64,000 nt of DNA from Mobula birostris (taxonomy: Eukaryota), in contig NC_092402.1 in assembly GCF_030028105.1 (NCBI RefSeq), forward strand, positions 33,650,843 to 33,714,842, given 5' to 3'. Position 1 is the stretch's first letter. Each line of letters starts with the position of its first letter. The notes beneath the pieces are model-generated. The model did no database searches, was not told the DNA's origin, and saw only the letters and a list, made by a program, of their open reading frames with translations. The translations under genes and the position numbers were made by a program. This document shows, piece after piece, positions 12,378 through 23,000 of the stretch.

Positions 12378-12735
12378 TTTACAGTTAATCAAAAGAACAT
12401 GGCAGCGTACACTGGATTAATTCATCCGTTGATAACTATTAGGACCTAATAAGGAGTTTTATAGTATTGCAGTAGTAGTAATAGTGTTCTAATTTGTTCC
12501 ATATTTTATTTAAATACATACTGTAATTTGTTATTCAGTTCAACAATAGTTTGCTTTTTTTTATACCTTTTTAACTATTTCCATGGAACTTTGGCTAATT
12601 GGCACAGCCACTTAATTGGGCCAAAATGTATTGGTCTTGATGCATCCCAGTTAACTGGAACCCACTGTAATTGTTTCAAGTAATTATTTAAATCTAAGCA
12701 ATGTCTTAGGCATTTAGAGAGAAACATAGAATATA

Positions 12736-12952
12736 AACTCAGAGGGTGGTGTGAGTGTAGCATGAGCTGCCAGCGGGAGTGGTAGATGGACGTTTGATTA
12801 CAACATTTAAATGAAGTTTGGATAAGTACATGGATGGGAGGGCTACGGTCCAGGTGCAGGTCAATAACTCTCGGTAAAATAACGGTTTGGCACATAATGG
12901 ATGGGCCAAAGGACCTTTTACTGTGTTGTATTGCTCTATGACTCCATGACTC
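12736..12952 (+). mobile_element. CR1 LINE 3' end fragment
   Basis: actcagagggtggtg..gagctgccag..gggccaaaggacc..ctatgactccatgactc, homologous to 24000-24230. Confidence 0.8.
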
Positions 12953-13724
12953 TGTAAAGGCATCACTTATCATTTTGTCACCTGAGCCATTTAAGTTTAA
13001 TTTGGCATATGTTTAACAGCCTTTGTGCATAGCAACCTGCACTTGGAAACCACTGAGCTTCAAATCAAAATCAAGAAAAAAACTGCACCTCTTGTAACAA
13101 TTTGGAACACAGTACATAAAATAAAACTCCGGCCTAAGTTACCCACAGCATACTTTGAATTTCTCCACATGTCTGGACATTCTGTAAGTGTACCCACAAG
13201 ACGCTATTTCATTGTGTTTCAAAGAAGTACGGTTTCTGCATTCCTTGTGACCATTCATCATAATCAATAAGTGCTGGTAGTAATTCTTTAATTTAGCTCT
13301 CTGTCCAGGTTCCAACAGGCAATTCCTTTCCCTTTTTTCAGATGTTTACTTATCAAAAAGTTATCCACTTTTACTTGATGGACAATCTCTGTCTAAATAG
13401 CTGTATGTCGCAGTATACCTTGTTGCACCCTCAAAGCAGACTTCTCCCTTCATTCTTTTCATGATGTTCCCTTGTTATTGATTTGCCAAATGGTCTGTAC
13501 TTGCTGTCTGTAATTCCACAGATCAATAACTATGCTGTATGTTGTGTTTATGTTTCCAAAGTTATTGCAGAAAAGGTTGTAGGGCTCAGGCATGACCTTG
13601 GTCTGTTATGTTTTATACAAGAGAAAATCCTGTGCTCTGTAAAAATGGATTCCCCAGAGGTTTACTGTCTTTGTATAATATTCAGGATTGCAGAAGGAAC
13701 TAGAGGTAACAAACAATAAACCTT

Positions 13725-13739
13725 GGCGCCCTCCACTGA
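13725..13739 (-). promoter_or_regulatory. Candidate CTCF site
   Basis: Minus strand TCAGTGGAGGGCGCC is close to the CCAGYAGRGGGCGC consensus; retains a CpG in a TE-free AT-rich island. Confidence 0.35.
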
Positions 13740-14354
13740 TAGCTAGCCATGCTGGTAATCACTTTTTTTAACCCTATGTCATGTGGATACAAATATGAAT
13801 TGAAAGGCAAAGCCAGCTGCCATTTTGAATCTCTTCACCGAGAGTGATTGCTAACGGAAGCACAAGCTAAGATGAAAGCTTCTCAAACTGCACAGATATC
13901 TGATGGAAACTTTTATTGGGGTCATTTGAAATATACTTTATGTGGAGGTGAATTTCAGTATTTTTGTATTATCATGTTAAAGGACAATTTCCATTACTAA
14001 ATCCTCAGAGAAAGTAAATTACTAAATGAAGAGACTAGGGAAGTAATTACCGAATAAAGCAATTAAATTGGGAATACATTATAAAATTCAGTTAACAGAT
14101 TAATTTAATTTTGTAATTTAGTTACACAGGGTGAATTAATTATAAATTACCAAAGCAATTAGATAATTATAATATTGTTTATGATTAGCAACAAAAAGAG
14201 CTTTAAATTAAGATAGTGAAAAGTGCAATTTGGTAAATAAAATTGAAAAAACATTAAATTGATAATCATCTTCATTATTTCAACACCAGTTAACTTACTC
14301 AGTATAATTGAAGTGCTGAATGGAGGGCGAATGTGTGTTCATTAGTTGTACATA

Positions 14355-14514
14355 TACGCAGTGGCCGCTTTATTAGGTACCTAATGCCTGTACCTAATAA
14401 AGTGGCCAACGAGTGTAAGTTCATGGTCATCTGCTGCTGTAGCCTCTGCATTTCATAATATTTTGCATTAATGAGCAGGTGTACAGGTGTACCCAATAAA
14501 GTGACCACTGAGTG
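14355..14514. mobile_element. Tc1-type MITE with three TIR copies
   Basis: cagtggccgctttattaggtac ... gtacctaataaagtggccaacgagtg ... cccaataaagtgaccactgagtg, flanked by TA. Confidence 0.8.
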
Positions 14515-15239
14515 TATGTAACAAACACTTTCACATGAACAAGAGTGTTAGGAAATGTTTTAAGAAGTTGGGATCAAGGGAGACAACAAGGGAGAGCGGG
14601 GGGATAAGAAGCAAAAACAAGGCGCAAGGAGAACAGTTGAGGTACAAGTATGTAACAATGGTTATTGAATGAGAAGCACTGCATGACAAAGAGATAAGCT
14701 GAACTTCAGCTAATACACTATGAAGCAAATATTGAAGGGGAATCTTGAAAGGGAGGCATAAACTTCACAGAAAAGCAAATCCCAGGATTTGAAACTTGTA
14801 GAGGTATAATTTAAAATTCTGAATAAGGATTTTATTTAGATTTAGATAAAGTTTCTATGAACTTGTGTCCTGAGTTTAATTTTTTCATATGCATTTGCTG
14901 AATTTTATTCTTACCTTGTCCATTTATTTGTTACTAATGTACTTGGTGTTAATGACAATTCTCATAACTGCTTCCAACCTAAGCAGCAGAAAGAAATCTG
15001 CTGTCAAATCAACCACCCGCGAAGTGTTGTAAAAGAGGCTTCATATAATTTCCTTCATGTTCTCTCATGACAAGAGTGTGATCCAGGGAATTTGTCACTT
15101 GAAGTCTAATGAACAGGAGAGGTGCACTTGACATGACTTTCAACATATTTCAAGCAAATTCTTCATTGTTGCATGAATGTATAGATATACTGCCAGCATT
15201 TCTGAAGGCTGCTCCCAGCCATCTACTTACCTTAAATTT

Positions 15240-15680
15240 GTAAACTGGTTTATTATTGTCATATGCATTGTCATCAGTGAACAACTTGCCTTGCATAGCG
15301 TTCCGACAAATCAACAATGTATTGAGGTAGTACAAGATAAGTACAGAGCACAGAATGAAGTGTTACAGTTACCAAGAAAATGAGGTGCTGGTAGCCAAGA
15401 AGATGCAAGGTCATAACAAGGTAGATTGTGAGGTCAAAAGTCCATGTTATCATGCTAGGCATCAATCAAATAGACATGTAACAGCAGGATAGAGTCTGCC
15501 CTTGAGGGTTAGTGTTATGGTAGTACATAGTTCCAGGCTTTTGTATCTTCTGCCTGCTGGGAGGGGGAGAAGAGAGAATATTCAGGTACTGGGGTTTTTA
15601 ATAACATTGCATACTTTACCAAGGCACCAAGCTGATATGCATCCAGATGGAGTGTTTTCTATCATGCATCAATAGATTCT
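15240..15680 (-). mobile_element. Old Rex1-type 3' UTR fragment
   Basis: ggtttattattgtcatatgc..ccaggcttttgtatcttctgcctg resembles the other Rex1 tails in the window. Confidence 0.5.
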
Positions 15681-16074
15681 TTGACCATAGATCATGGGAA
15701 ATGCAGTAAATGCCATTCAAATCAAATTTCTTTTTGGTTTCACCCAATTCTCTCAAGTTTACGAGAGATTCTTCTCCTTGATATTTTACAAGTGCTGGAG
15801 CAAGAGAAAATGGTGTGTCACCTGGCAACTAGGAAACCTCAAAGGTACTTCAAAGCACAGATTGGAAATTAATAGTTTTTCAAAATGTGGTTGATAAGCT
15901 TTGTCTTGGATTACAGGCGTTCCAGTTTCTGTGTTGTTACTTTCAATTGTAGAAGTAATACCATATATTCCAAATGACTGCCTTTACTTGTATCCTGTTA
16001 CCTACTAAATGTTTGTAGGATTATGCTTGAAGTATTGTATAATGTAGAATCATTACCAATCAAAATCAGTGACT

Positions 16075-16290
16075 AAAAAGAGAAAATGCTCGAAATACTC
16101 AGCAGGTCAGGCACCATGCGTGAAGCAGAAAACAGAGTTAATGCTTCACACCAAAGACCTATCATTAAAACTGATGAAGGATCACCAATCTGAAACCTCA
16201 ACTCTGTTTCTCTCTCACAGATGCTTTATGAATTGCTGAGCATTGCCATCATTTTCTCCATTTGTCTCAGGTACCAGCATTTAAACTTCT
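16075..16290. mobile_element. Penelope pLTR fold-back element with decayed hammerhead core
   Basis: aaaatgctcgaaatactcagcagg... inverted against ...tgctgagcattgccatcatttt; ctgatgaagg..tgaaac at 16171-16196. Confidence 0.65.
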
Positions 16291-18184
16291 TGTTTTCAAT
16301 CAAAATTTGAATTGTTTGGTTGTTAAATTAAAGTTTTAATGTTTTAGATACAAAATAGTTTCACACTTAAGGGATAAATTAATATATTTTATGCAAGCTA
16401 TTCACGTTATATAAGAATGTTATATAAGACATTCTTGTTGAACATCATTGAGAAAACACATAATTTTTCAGAACAGCATTTAGCTCCAGCCCCATACAAT
16501 TATTGCACTTCTCATCCTTTGCTCCATAGGTTTGAGCACTTGCACTGTGAATAGGTAAAAACAAGAAGTGAGGAAGTCCAGCGATGATGTATCCTTGTTC
16601 GTTCTTTGGCTTTTTTTCCCTGTTTTGATTAAGCAATTTATCTATGAAGCTACCTATCAACATTGAAAGGAGGATTATAGCAACAAATACGTAGAAATCA
16701 GATTTCATCTGCATTTGGTGTGTTGATATGTGCTTTAGGTTCGTACTAATGCCCAGTTGCCCTCAACAATTTACAAAATTGATATTATCCAGAGTTAAGC
16801 AATATTAGTGTTCTTTAGACACAGGAGCAAGTGGCAATAGGCAGCCCTGCAAGATCCCCAGTGAGGTCCTGGCGAGTCCGGCTCAGCTCCCAAAGTTGTG
16901 GACTGTAGAGATCAGGACAGCAAGTTAGCCCTTAAGGCAACATTGAAAACCTTGGGCCCCATGGAGGAAACAGAGACTACATAGAAAAGGCACTACCTCA
17001 TTCACTCAAAGAGACATACAAGTTCAGGTTAAAGAGGTACATGCCAGGAGGTTGTCTTGTGCGGCAAAGTGGTCAGGAAGCTCATCAACCCTACCAAGTG
17101 GAGAACCAGGAAGGGCTAATGTTCTCCAGCAGTGAGAACCTCTGCACAATGGAGTGATGCAGAAAGAAATGCAACGTCCTTACGAGATGTGTCAGGGTAA
17201 TCTGCACACTGCTCGTTACCCCAGTAGAATGGATATCCTCACAGCAAAATGAATTTATGCAGAAGGCTAAGTTTTTTTTTTATACATGAGATCTGATGGT
17301 ATTTTATCTGTCCTCTTAGTTCACTGGTCTGATTATTTGTATTCAGGAGCTATCTTGGAAAGAGGTTTAACAAATCAGCATGGGGGAGTTTTATTTTGCT
17401 AGATAATTTGAAAATTGTCTCTCTGTGGGAAGCTTCTTGTATGTGATATAACACTTTAGAACAATGGCCACCTCTTCCACTACTCTGGGACAAAATGCTG
17501 CAGACATTGAACAAGGTCAGCCCCCAGTCTCCTTCCTTCTCTTACTCCCCCGATCCCGCTATCCTATAGTTATCATGCTGTGGGTCTCCTTGTACATCTT
17601 CTTCATGCGTTTGGCTGTTCTTTTTAATTAGCAAAGTTATGCAACAGGCAAAATAATATTGTATCTACACCTGATTGGCATATATTGAAATGCACCCATA
17701 GAGTAAGTGAAAACAGACAACGAAAGGAAACCTAAGGTGTTTTCTGCTATGATCTTGGTACTTGAAAGGTACCCGTATGGATGCTCAGCTGCTGTAGTTA
17801 AAGAAGAGATAGGTCTGAAAAGTGAATGACTTAGAGGGTTGTTCTTGTCCCCAAATTCCAGCTTGTTGGGCAATACCAGCCACTGAAAACATCTGGCAGT
17901 AGGTATCCTTCAGGATGAAGGAGTCGTGTACTCCCTGGAAACAGGTCACTCAGCATGAGCGACTTCTTCTATGATCGACAATAATTTCCACATTAAGGAA
18001 GTGGAAAACATTAATCAGAAATTCCATGGTGGACACAGGAGGGCAGTCGATGGCTCCCTAGAATCACATAAATCCAGTGAAGCTGGCTTGACCTCATTCC
18101 AAGATACCACTTATTTCTCACTTAAATTAATGTGGATGAAGTTACTTCTTTGTGAAGACAATGCACCTTTGATGCAGAGATGAG

Positions 18185-19350
18185 GAGCAAAAGGTTTTGT
18201 GATGAGGAAGTTAAGAATCAAATTGGCATTGACTTTTGACCCTGAAGGTTGTTGGCGGTATGGATAGTGGATGGTCTCATGTTATAGGAAGATGTTGAGC
18301 AGTTGATCAGTTGGGCATTAAAATGGTAGATGGAATTTAATTCTGATAAGTGCATCTTGGGAGGTCTTATGAGAATAGGAATATTTACCCTGAGGGCCAG
18401 GGCCCTAGTGAGTATTGAGGAACAAAGGGACGTGGCTTAGATCCATAGATCCCTGAAAGTGCAGCAGCAGTAGATGGAGTGGTAAAGAAAGGCATACAGG
18501 ATATTTGCCTCTATTAACTAGGGCATAGAATATGAGAACAGGAATGGCACGGTACATACAAAATGCTGGAGGAACTCAGCAGGCCAGGCAGCATCTATGG
18601 AAAGGAATAAACAGTCAATATTTCAGGCCAAGACCCTCCATCATAACTCTCCTGATGAAGGGTTTGGCCTGAAACATCAACTGGCTATTCCTTTCCATAG
18701 AAGCTGCCTGGCCCGTTGAGTTCCTACAACATTTTATATGTGTTACTCTGGATTTCTAGCATCTGCTGAATCTCTTGTGTTTAAGCTATGGTACAGCTTC
18801 CTAAAACATTGGTGATATCATCTTGAATATAGTGTGTAGTTTTGGTTACCTTATTATGGAAAAGATGTGATTGGTCTTGAAAGTGTGCAAAGGGTGATAG
18901 TCGCCAGCATATTGCCTTGGATGGAGTGTCTCACTTATGAAGAAAGACTTGATCAAGTGGGTTAATTTTCCTTGAAACAAAGGTTGGGGTGGTGGTTGGA
19001 GACCTGTTGAAGGTGTACAAAGGTATGATGGGCACAGGTAGGGTAGATAGTGGAAAACTTTATAGCAAAGGTATCTATGAGTAGAGGGTATGGGTTTAAA
19101 GTAAGGAGTAGGGGGTTTAGAGGAGAGATATGGAAGATTTTTTTTCATCCAAAGAGAGATTGGAGTTTGCAATGCACTACCTAAGAGGGTGGTGGAGGCA
19201 GGGACTTTTATTACATTTAAGAAGGATCGAGGTGATTATTGAACCAACAAGGTCTAAAAGGCTAGAAATCAAATGTTGCTAAATGGGATTAGAATAGTTG
19301 AGTACTTGATGGTCAGGAGAGACAAGGCCAGTTCCCATGCTGGATGACTC
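18185..19350 (+). mobile_element. Degraded CR1 LINE 3' portion
   Basis: Homologous to CR1 RT C-terminus and 3' UTR (aaatggtagatggaatttaat..., ggcatagaatatgaga...). Confidence 0.7.
18555..18783. mobile_element. Penelope pLTR fold-back element with two opposed hammerhead motifs
   Basis: About 90-bp inverted arms; minus-strand motif at 18612-18643, plus-strand ctgatgaagggtttggcctgaaacatc at 18652-18678; approximate TSD gcacggtaca/ctatggtaca. Confidence 0.8.
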
Positions 19351-19439
19351 TTTCACTGCCAAGAGAGAGCAGATGTGTCTGGCTGAAGACCTTCCCACAG
19401 AATATCACATATCTCAGTGATGACAGCCTTGGAAAGCCT

Positions 19440-19990
19440 CAAGGGTAGGAGAAGGATGCTATTCTTCAGTATTTAGGAGATTAGTGAGACAGCATCAGTA
19501 TTGTTCTCTTTGCTAAACAAAGGATGTAGTATTACAGAAGCAGCGCAGAGAAGATTTATTGGACTAAAAAGTGAAATGGACAGGTTACCACATGAAGAAA
19601 GGCTGGACGTGGAAAGCTTTTACTTGCTGACTTTAGAACTGTGGGAGAAGGATTTTGACAGGGTAGTTAAGTAGTTGAAACTTGAAGAAGGGTCTTGCCC
19701 TGAAACCTCAACTGTTTATTCATTTCCATAGATGTTTCCTGACTAAAATGCTGAGTCCCTCCAGCATTTTGTGTGTGTTTCTTTGGATTTTCAGCATCTG
19801 CAGAATTTCTTGTGTTTGTGTAGAGAATGTTTCCTCTTGAGAGAGGATTTGGAACTAAGGGCCACTGTTTATTACTAAGAAGTTAACATTATAAGGAATA
19901 AGGTGAAATTCTTTTCAGAGGCATGAATCTTTGAAACTCTCTTCCACAGAGGGTAGGAGAAGCAAAGTCTTTGAATATTTTCAGAGCAGA
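19440..19990 (+). mobile_element. Degraded CR1 fragment with a Penelope pLTR inserted at about 19680-19820
   Basis: CR1 3' motifs flank cttgaagaagggtcttgccctgaaac..cagcatctgcagaatttcttgtgttt. Confidence 0.6.
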
Positions 19991-20039
19991 CATAAGAGAT
20001 TATTAATATGCAAGAAGGGAGAAAGGTGACTGGGGCCTT

Positions 20040-23000
20040 CTTCGTGCAAGGGGTTTGGAAGGGGCGGAATTTGTTAAAGTGCATCCAGGTAGGTTTCTTA
20101 AATCAATATGTGGATGATCCAATGAGAGGAGGGGCCGTACCGGACCTGGTTCTGGGCAAAAAGCCTGGCCATGTGACTGACCTTGTAGTGGATGAACAGT
20201 AAGGAAACAGTGAACATAATTCATTGACTTTCAGGATAACTATAGATAAGGATGGGTATGGTCTTTGTGGGAGAGTTTTAAATTGGAGTAGGGAAAATTA
20301 TGAGGGCATTAGGCAGGAACGAAGGAGAGTTAATTTGGAACACCTTTTTTCTGGCAAGTCCACACCAACATGTGGAGGGTGTTTAAAGATCAATTGCTCA
20401 GAGTACAGGAAGGGTATGTTCTTGTTAGAAGGAAGGATGGGGATGGAAAGATAAGAGCACTTTGGATGTCCAGGGAGGTGATGAATTTGGTCAAGAAGAG
20501 AAAGGAAAAGTATGTAAAGCTTTGGAAGTTAGGGTCAAACAAAGCACATGAGGAGTATAAGGAAGCCAAAAAAGAACTAAGGAAGGGAGTTTGGAAAGCC
20601 AGGAGGGGCCATGAAAAGTCCTTGGCAAATAGGATTAAGCTGAATCCCAAGGCATTCTATACGTACATCAAGAGCAAGAGGATAACTAGGGAGAGGGTGA
20701 GACCACTCAAGGATAGAGGGGGCAACATTTGTTTGGATGCGGAGAATGTGAGTTAAGTACTTGTTGAGTACTTTGCATCTGTATTTATCATGAAAAAGGA
20801 TATGGAGGAGCAGGAGATCAGTGCTGAGTGTATAAATACATTAGGATGTTTAGAGGTCAAGGAGGAAGAAGTGTTGGACCTCCTTCTGAGTATTAAGGTG
20901 GATGCCCCAAGGGCCTGATGGAATTTACCGCAGGTTATTGAAGGAGACAAGATTGTTAGGCCCTTGACTAGTATCTTCGTGTTCGCTCTAGTCACAAGCG
21001 TGGTCCTGGAGCACAGGCAAGCAGCCTCTATTTAGGAAGAAAACAAGTGAAAATCCTGGGAACTCTTGATTCCTGAGAACTAGAGTCTCACGTCAGCTGT
21101 AAGGAAATTGCTGAAGAAAATTCTTAGGGATAGGATATATATGAGTATTTGGAAACTTATGGCCAAATTAGGGAGAGCCAGCATGGCTTTGTGCAGGGCA
21201 GGCTGTATCTTATCAACTTGATTGAGTTTTTTGACAAGTTGATGAGACAGATTGATGAGGGTAGGGCAGAGAATGTTGTCTACATGGATTTTCGTAAGGC
21301 GTTTGACAAATCCACTAATAGAAAGGTTGTGAGTGGTGGTAAAAATTTTCTGAGGTGTATATATTTCAATGCTAGGAGTATTGCGGGGAAGGCAGATGAG
21401 TTGAGGGTGTGGATTGACACGTGGAATTATGACGTTGTAGCAATTAGTGAAACTTGGCTACAGGAGGGGCAGGACTGGCAGCTTAATATTCCTGGGTTCC
21501 GATGTTTCAGATGTGATCGAGGCAGGGGAATGAAAGATGGGGGAGTAGCATTGCTTGTTAGGGAAAATATTACAGCAGTGCTCAGGCAGGACAGATTAGA
21601 GGGCTTGTCTACTGAGTCCTTGTGGGTGGAGCTGAGAAACAGGAAAGGTATGGCCACATTAGTGGGATTGGATTACAGACCACCCAATAGTCAACGAGAC
21701 TTGGAAGAGCAAATCTGCAGAGAGATAGCAGGCAACTGCAGGAAACATAAAGTTGTGGTAGTAGGGGATTTTAATTTTCCATACATTGATTGGGACTCCC
21801 ATACTGTTAGGGGTCTAGATAGTTTAGAGTTTGTAAAATGTGTTCAGGAAAGTTTTCTAAATCAATATATAGAGGGACCAACTAGAGGGGATGCAATATT
21901 GGATCTCCTGTTAGGAAACGAGTTAGGACAAGTGACAGAAGTCTGTGTAGGGGAGCACTTTGGTTTCAGTGATCATAACACCATTAGTTTCAACTTGATC
22001 ATGGACAAGGATAGATCTGGTCCTAGGGTTGAGGTTCTTAACTGGAAGATGGCCAAATTTGAAGAAATGAGAAAAGATCTAAAAAGCGTGGATTGGGACA
22101 GGTTGTTCTCTGGCATGGATGTGATCAGTAGGTGGGAAGCCTTCAAAGCAGAAATTTTGAGAGTGCAGAATTTGTATGTTCCTGTAAGGATTAAAGGCAA
22201 GGTGAATAGGAATAAGGAACCTTGGTTCTCAAGGGATATTGCAACTCTGATAAAGAAGAAGAGGGAGTTGTATGACGTGTATAGGAAGCAGGGAGTAAAT
22301 AAGGTGCTTGAGGAGTATAAGAAGTGAAAGAAAATACTTAAGAAAGAAATCAAGAGGGCTAAAAGAAGACATGAGGTTGCCTTGGCAGTCAAAGTGAAGG
22401 ATAATCCAAAGAGCTTTTATAGGTATATTAAGAGCGAAAGGACTGTAAGGGATAAAATTGGTCCTCTTGAAGATTAGAGTGGTCGGCTATGTGTGGAACC
22501 AAAGGAAATGGGGGAGATCTTAAATAGGTTTTTTGCGTCTGTGTTTACTAAGGAAACTGTCATGAAGTCTATGGAATTAAGGGAAATAAGAGACCATGGA
22601 AACCATACAGATCGAAAAGGAGGAGGTCCTTGCTGTCTTGAGGAAAATTAAAGTGGATAAATCCCCGGGACCTGACAGAGTGTTCCCTCGGACCTTGAAG
22701 GAGACTAGTGTTGAACTTGCAGGGGCCCTGGCTGAAATATTTAAAATGTCGCTGTCCACAGGTGAGGTGCCGGAGGATTGGAGAGTGGCTCATGTTGTTC
22801 CGTTGTTTAAAAAAGGATCGAAAAGTAATCCGGGAAATTATAGGGCAGTAAGTTTAACGTTGGTAGTAGGTAAGTTATTGGAGGGAGTACTAAGAGACAG
22901 AATCTACAAGCATTTGGATAGATAGGGGCTTATTAGGGAGAGTCAACATGGCTTTGTGCCTGGTAGGTCATGTTTGACCAATCTATTGGAGTTTTTCGAG

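Larger units (their letters stand above)
4284..12667 (+). mobile_element. pogo/Tigger-like non-autonomous DNA transposon (about 0.8 kb of own sequence, expanded by nested insertions)
   Basis: TA-flanked TIRs cagaggattcaggtta..ttaattggg (4284) and cccagttaactggaacccactg (ends 12667); internal remnant 11971-12030 VTDSWQEISSKTIQNCFAHC resembles the Tigger DDE C-terminal motif W..V...TI.NCF. Confidence 0.7.

Noticed and set aside
16445-16714. 89-aa minus-strand ORF with a hydrophobic, signal-peptide-like N-terminus
   Set aside because: No recognisable family or supporting splice structure; hydrophobic runs are expected from T-rich DNA
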